From a virus (lineage: Duplodnaviria; Caudoviricetes), in IMG/VR virus record IMGVR_UViG_3300034116_000357, positions 1 through 34,567 of that record: a DNA stretch of 34,567 nt. One strand, given 5' to 3'. The translations under genes were made by a program, and so were the position numbers. This document shows, one piece after another, positions 33,335 through 34,567 of the stretch; position 1 is the first letter of the stretch; each line of letters begins with the position of its first letter. A model generated the notes under the pieces. That model saw only the letters and a list, made by a program, of their open reading frames with translations, was not told the DNA's origin and made no database searches.

Positions 33335-34567
33335 ATGGCAGTAGACACTAAAAATTCGGAGTATCACGAATATTATGAGCAGTGGAAACGATGCGAACAC
33401 GCAGCAGAAGGGCAAGACGAGATCCACGAATATGGTATTAAATACCTTCCACGCCTAAGCGGTCAAACTGACGCTGAATATTATGCTTACAAACAGCGGG
33501 CACTTTATTACAACGCTACAAATCGCACAATCGACGGCTTAACGGGAATGCTATTCCTAAAACCCGAAGTCATCACAGCACCAGCGGCAATGGATAATAT
33601 TATTGCAGACGTGACAATGGGCGGGTTATCGTTGCATCAATTTGCTGAAATGGTAGCAGAAGAAGTTATTACTATCGGACGTTGTGCCGTGCTTGTCGAT
33701 TTTCCACCCATTGTTAATGCGGTAACACTTGCACAAGCACAGGCACAAGGCGCAAGACCTTACGCGACCATGTACGATGCAGAATCAATTATAAACTGGA
33801 AAACGGGGCGCATTAACAACGTTGAACAGTTAACACTGGTGGTACTTGAAGAAGAAAACGAGATCGCAGTTGATGAGTTTGAATCTAAATGCGAACCACA
33901 ATGGCGCGTTTTAGATTTAGGCGATGGTGGAATTTATCGTCAGCGTGTTTTCCGCAAAGACAAACGCGGTGAGTTTATTTTAGTGGATGAAGTTTACCCA
34001 AAAATTAACGGGCGACCACTTAACAAAATCCCGTTTGAGTTTTTTGGGGTTAGAGATAATTCACCATGTGTTGATAAGCCGCCATTGCTTGACCTTGTTG
34101 ACGTGAATTTATCGCATTACAGAACCACAGCCGATTATGAACACGGTTTGCACTTTACTGGACTACCAACACCCGTTGTGACAGGATATTATTCAGACGA
34201 TAAAAGCGCGTCACTTCGCATCGGTAGCGGCACGGCATGGCTATTGCCAGACCCACAAAGTAAAGCATTTTATCTTGAATTTACGGGTCAAGGTTTGGGC
34301 GAATTGCGCGAAGCATTGCGCTCAAAAGAGGCAATGATGGCAACACTTGGAGCGCGAATCTTAGCACCTGAAAAACGCGCAGCAGAATCAGCGCAAACGG
34401 CTAATATTCATAGATCAAGCGAGAACAGCGTGCTTGCTTCAATTGCTCAGTCTATTAGCATTGGATTAACGCACGTCATGGAATATTTGCGCGATTGGTC
34501 GGGCGTAACTGGTGATGTTAAGGTTGAGCTAAACCGTGATTTTATTCCAAACTCAATGACAGCTCAG
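33335..34567 (+). CDS. Portal protein (DUF4055-type), 3' truncated
   Basis: Not in the ORF track because it has no stop in the window. Reads MAVDTKNSEY...YLP.L...Y..RA.YYN.T.RT..GL.G, PPLLDL..VNL.HY and ADYEHGLHFTGLP. Follows terL. Confidence 0.9.
   Translation, partial: MAVDTKNSEYHEYYEQWKRCEHAAEGQDEIHEYGIKYLPRLSGQTDAEYYAYKQRALYYNATNRTIDGLTGMLFLKPEVITAPAAMDNIIADVTMGGLSLHQFAEMVAEEVITIGRCAVLVDFPPIVNAVTLAQAQAQGARPYATMYDAESIINWKTGRINNVEQLTLVVLEEENEIAVDEFESKCEPQWRVLDLGDGGIYRQRVFRKDKRGEFILVDEVYPKINGRPLNKIPFEFFGVRDNSPCVDKPPLLDLVDVNLSHYRTTADYEHGLHFTGLPTPVVTGYYSDDKSASLRIGSGTAWLLPDPQSKAFYLEFTGQGLGELREALRSKEAMMATLGARILAPEKRAAESAQTANIHRSSENSVLASIAQSISIGLTHVMEYLRDWSGVTGDVKVELNRDFIPNSMTAQ

Noticed and set aside
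1-34567. Stop-codon reassignment
   Set aside because: Genes are intact in the standard code, and TAA, TAG and TGA all end genes at sensible junctions.

Overview
The whole window is tailed-phage DNA (siphovirus-like, AT-rich, standard genetic code). It starts inside a P22-type major capsid gene and ends inside a portal gene, so it probably covers most of a circularly permuted genome, missing only the few kb of head genes between portal and capsid (inference). Gene order: head completion, tail tube, chaperones with a -1 frameshift, a 2247-aa tape measure protein, tail tip and receptor-binding genes, and lysis (+). Then a leftward early arm of small genes, dUTPase, SSB, YqaJ-like exonuclease and Rad52-like annealing protein (-). 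Then a rightward arm with Cro-like regulator, SF2 helicase, VRR-NUC, SF3-type helicase, iteron origin, about 600 nt of structured non-coding sequence, HNH-like gene, ParB-methyltransferase, terminase and portal (+). I recognise no integrase, CI repressor, primase, DNA polymerase or spanin. The most striking unexplained feature is a tandem array of structured RNA modules at about 29260-29855: two loop-loop kissing modules, a tRNA-like element and a c4-like element. Also notable are a nested triplication in the tape measure C-terminus and a shared operator in three early promoters. All family assignments come from motif recognition by eye, not from searches.
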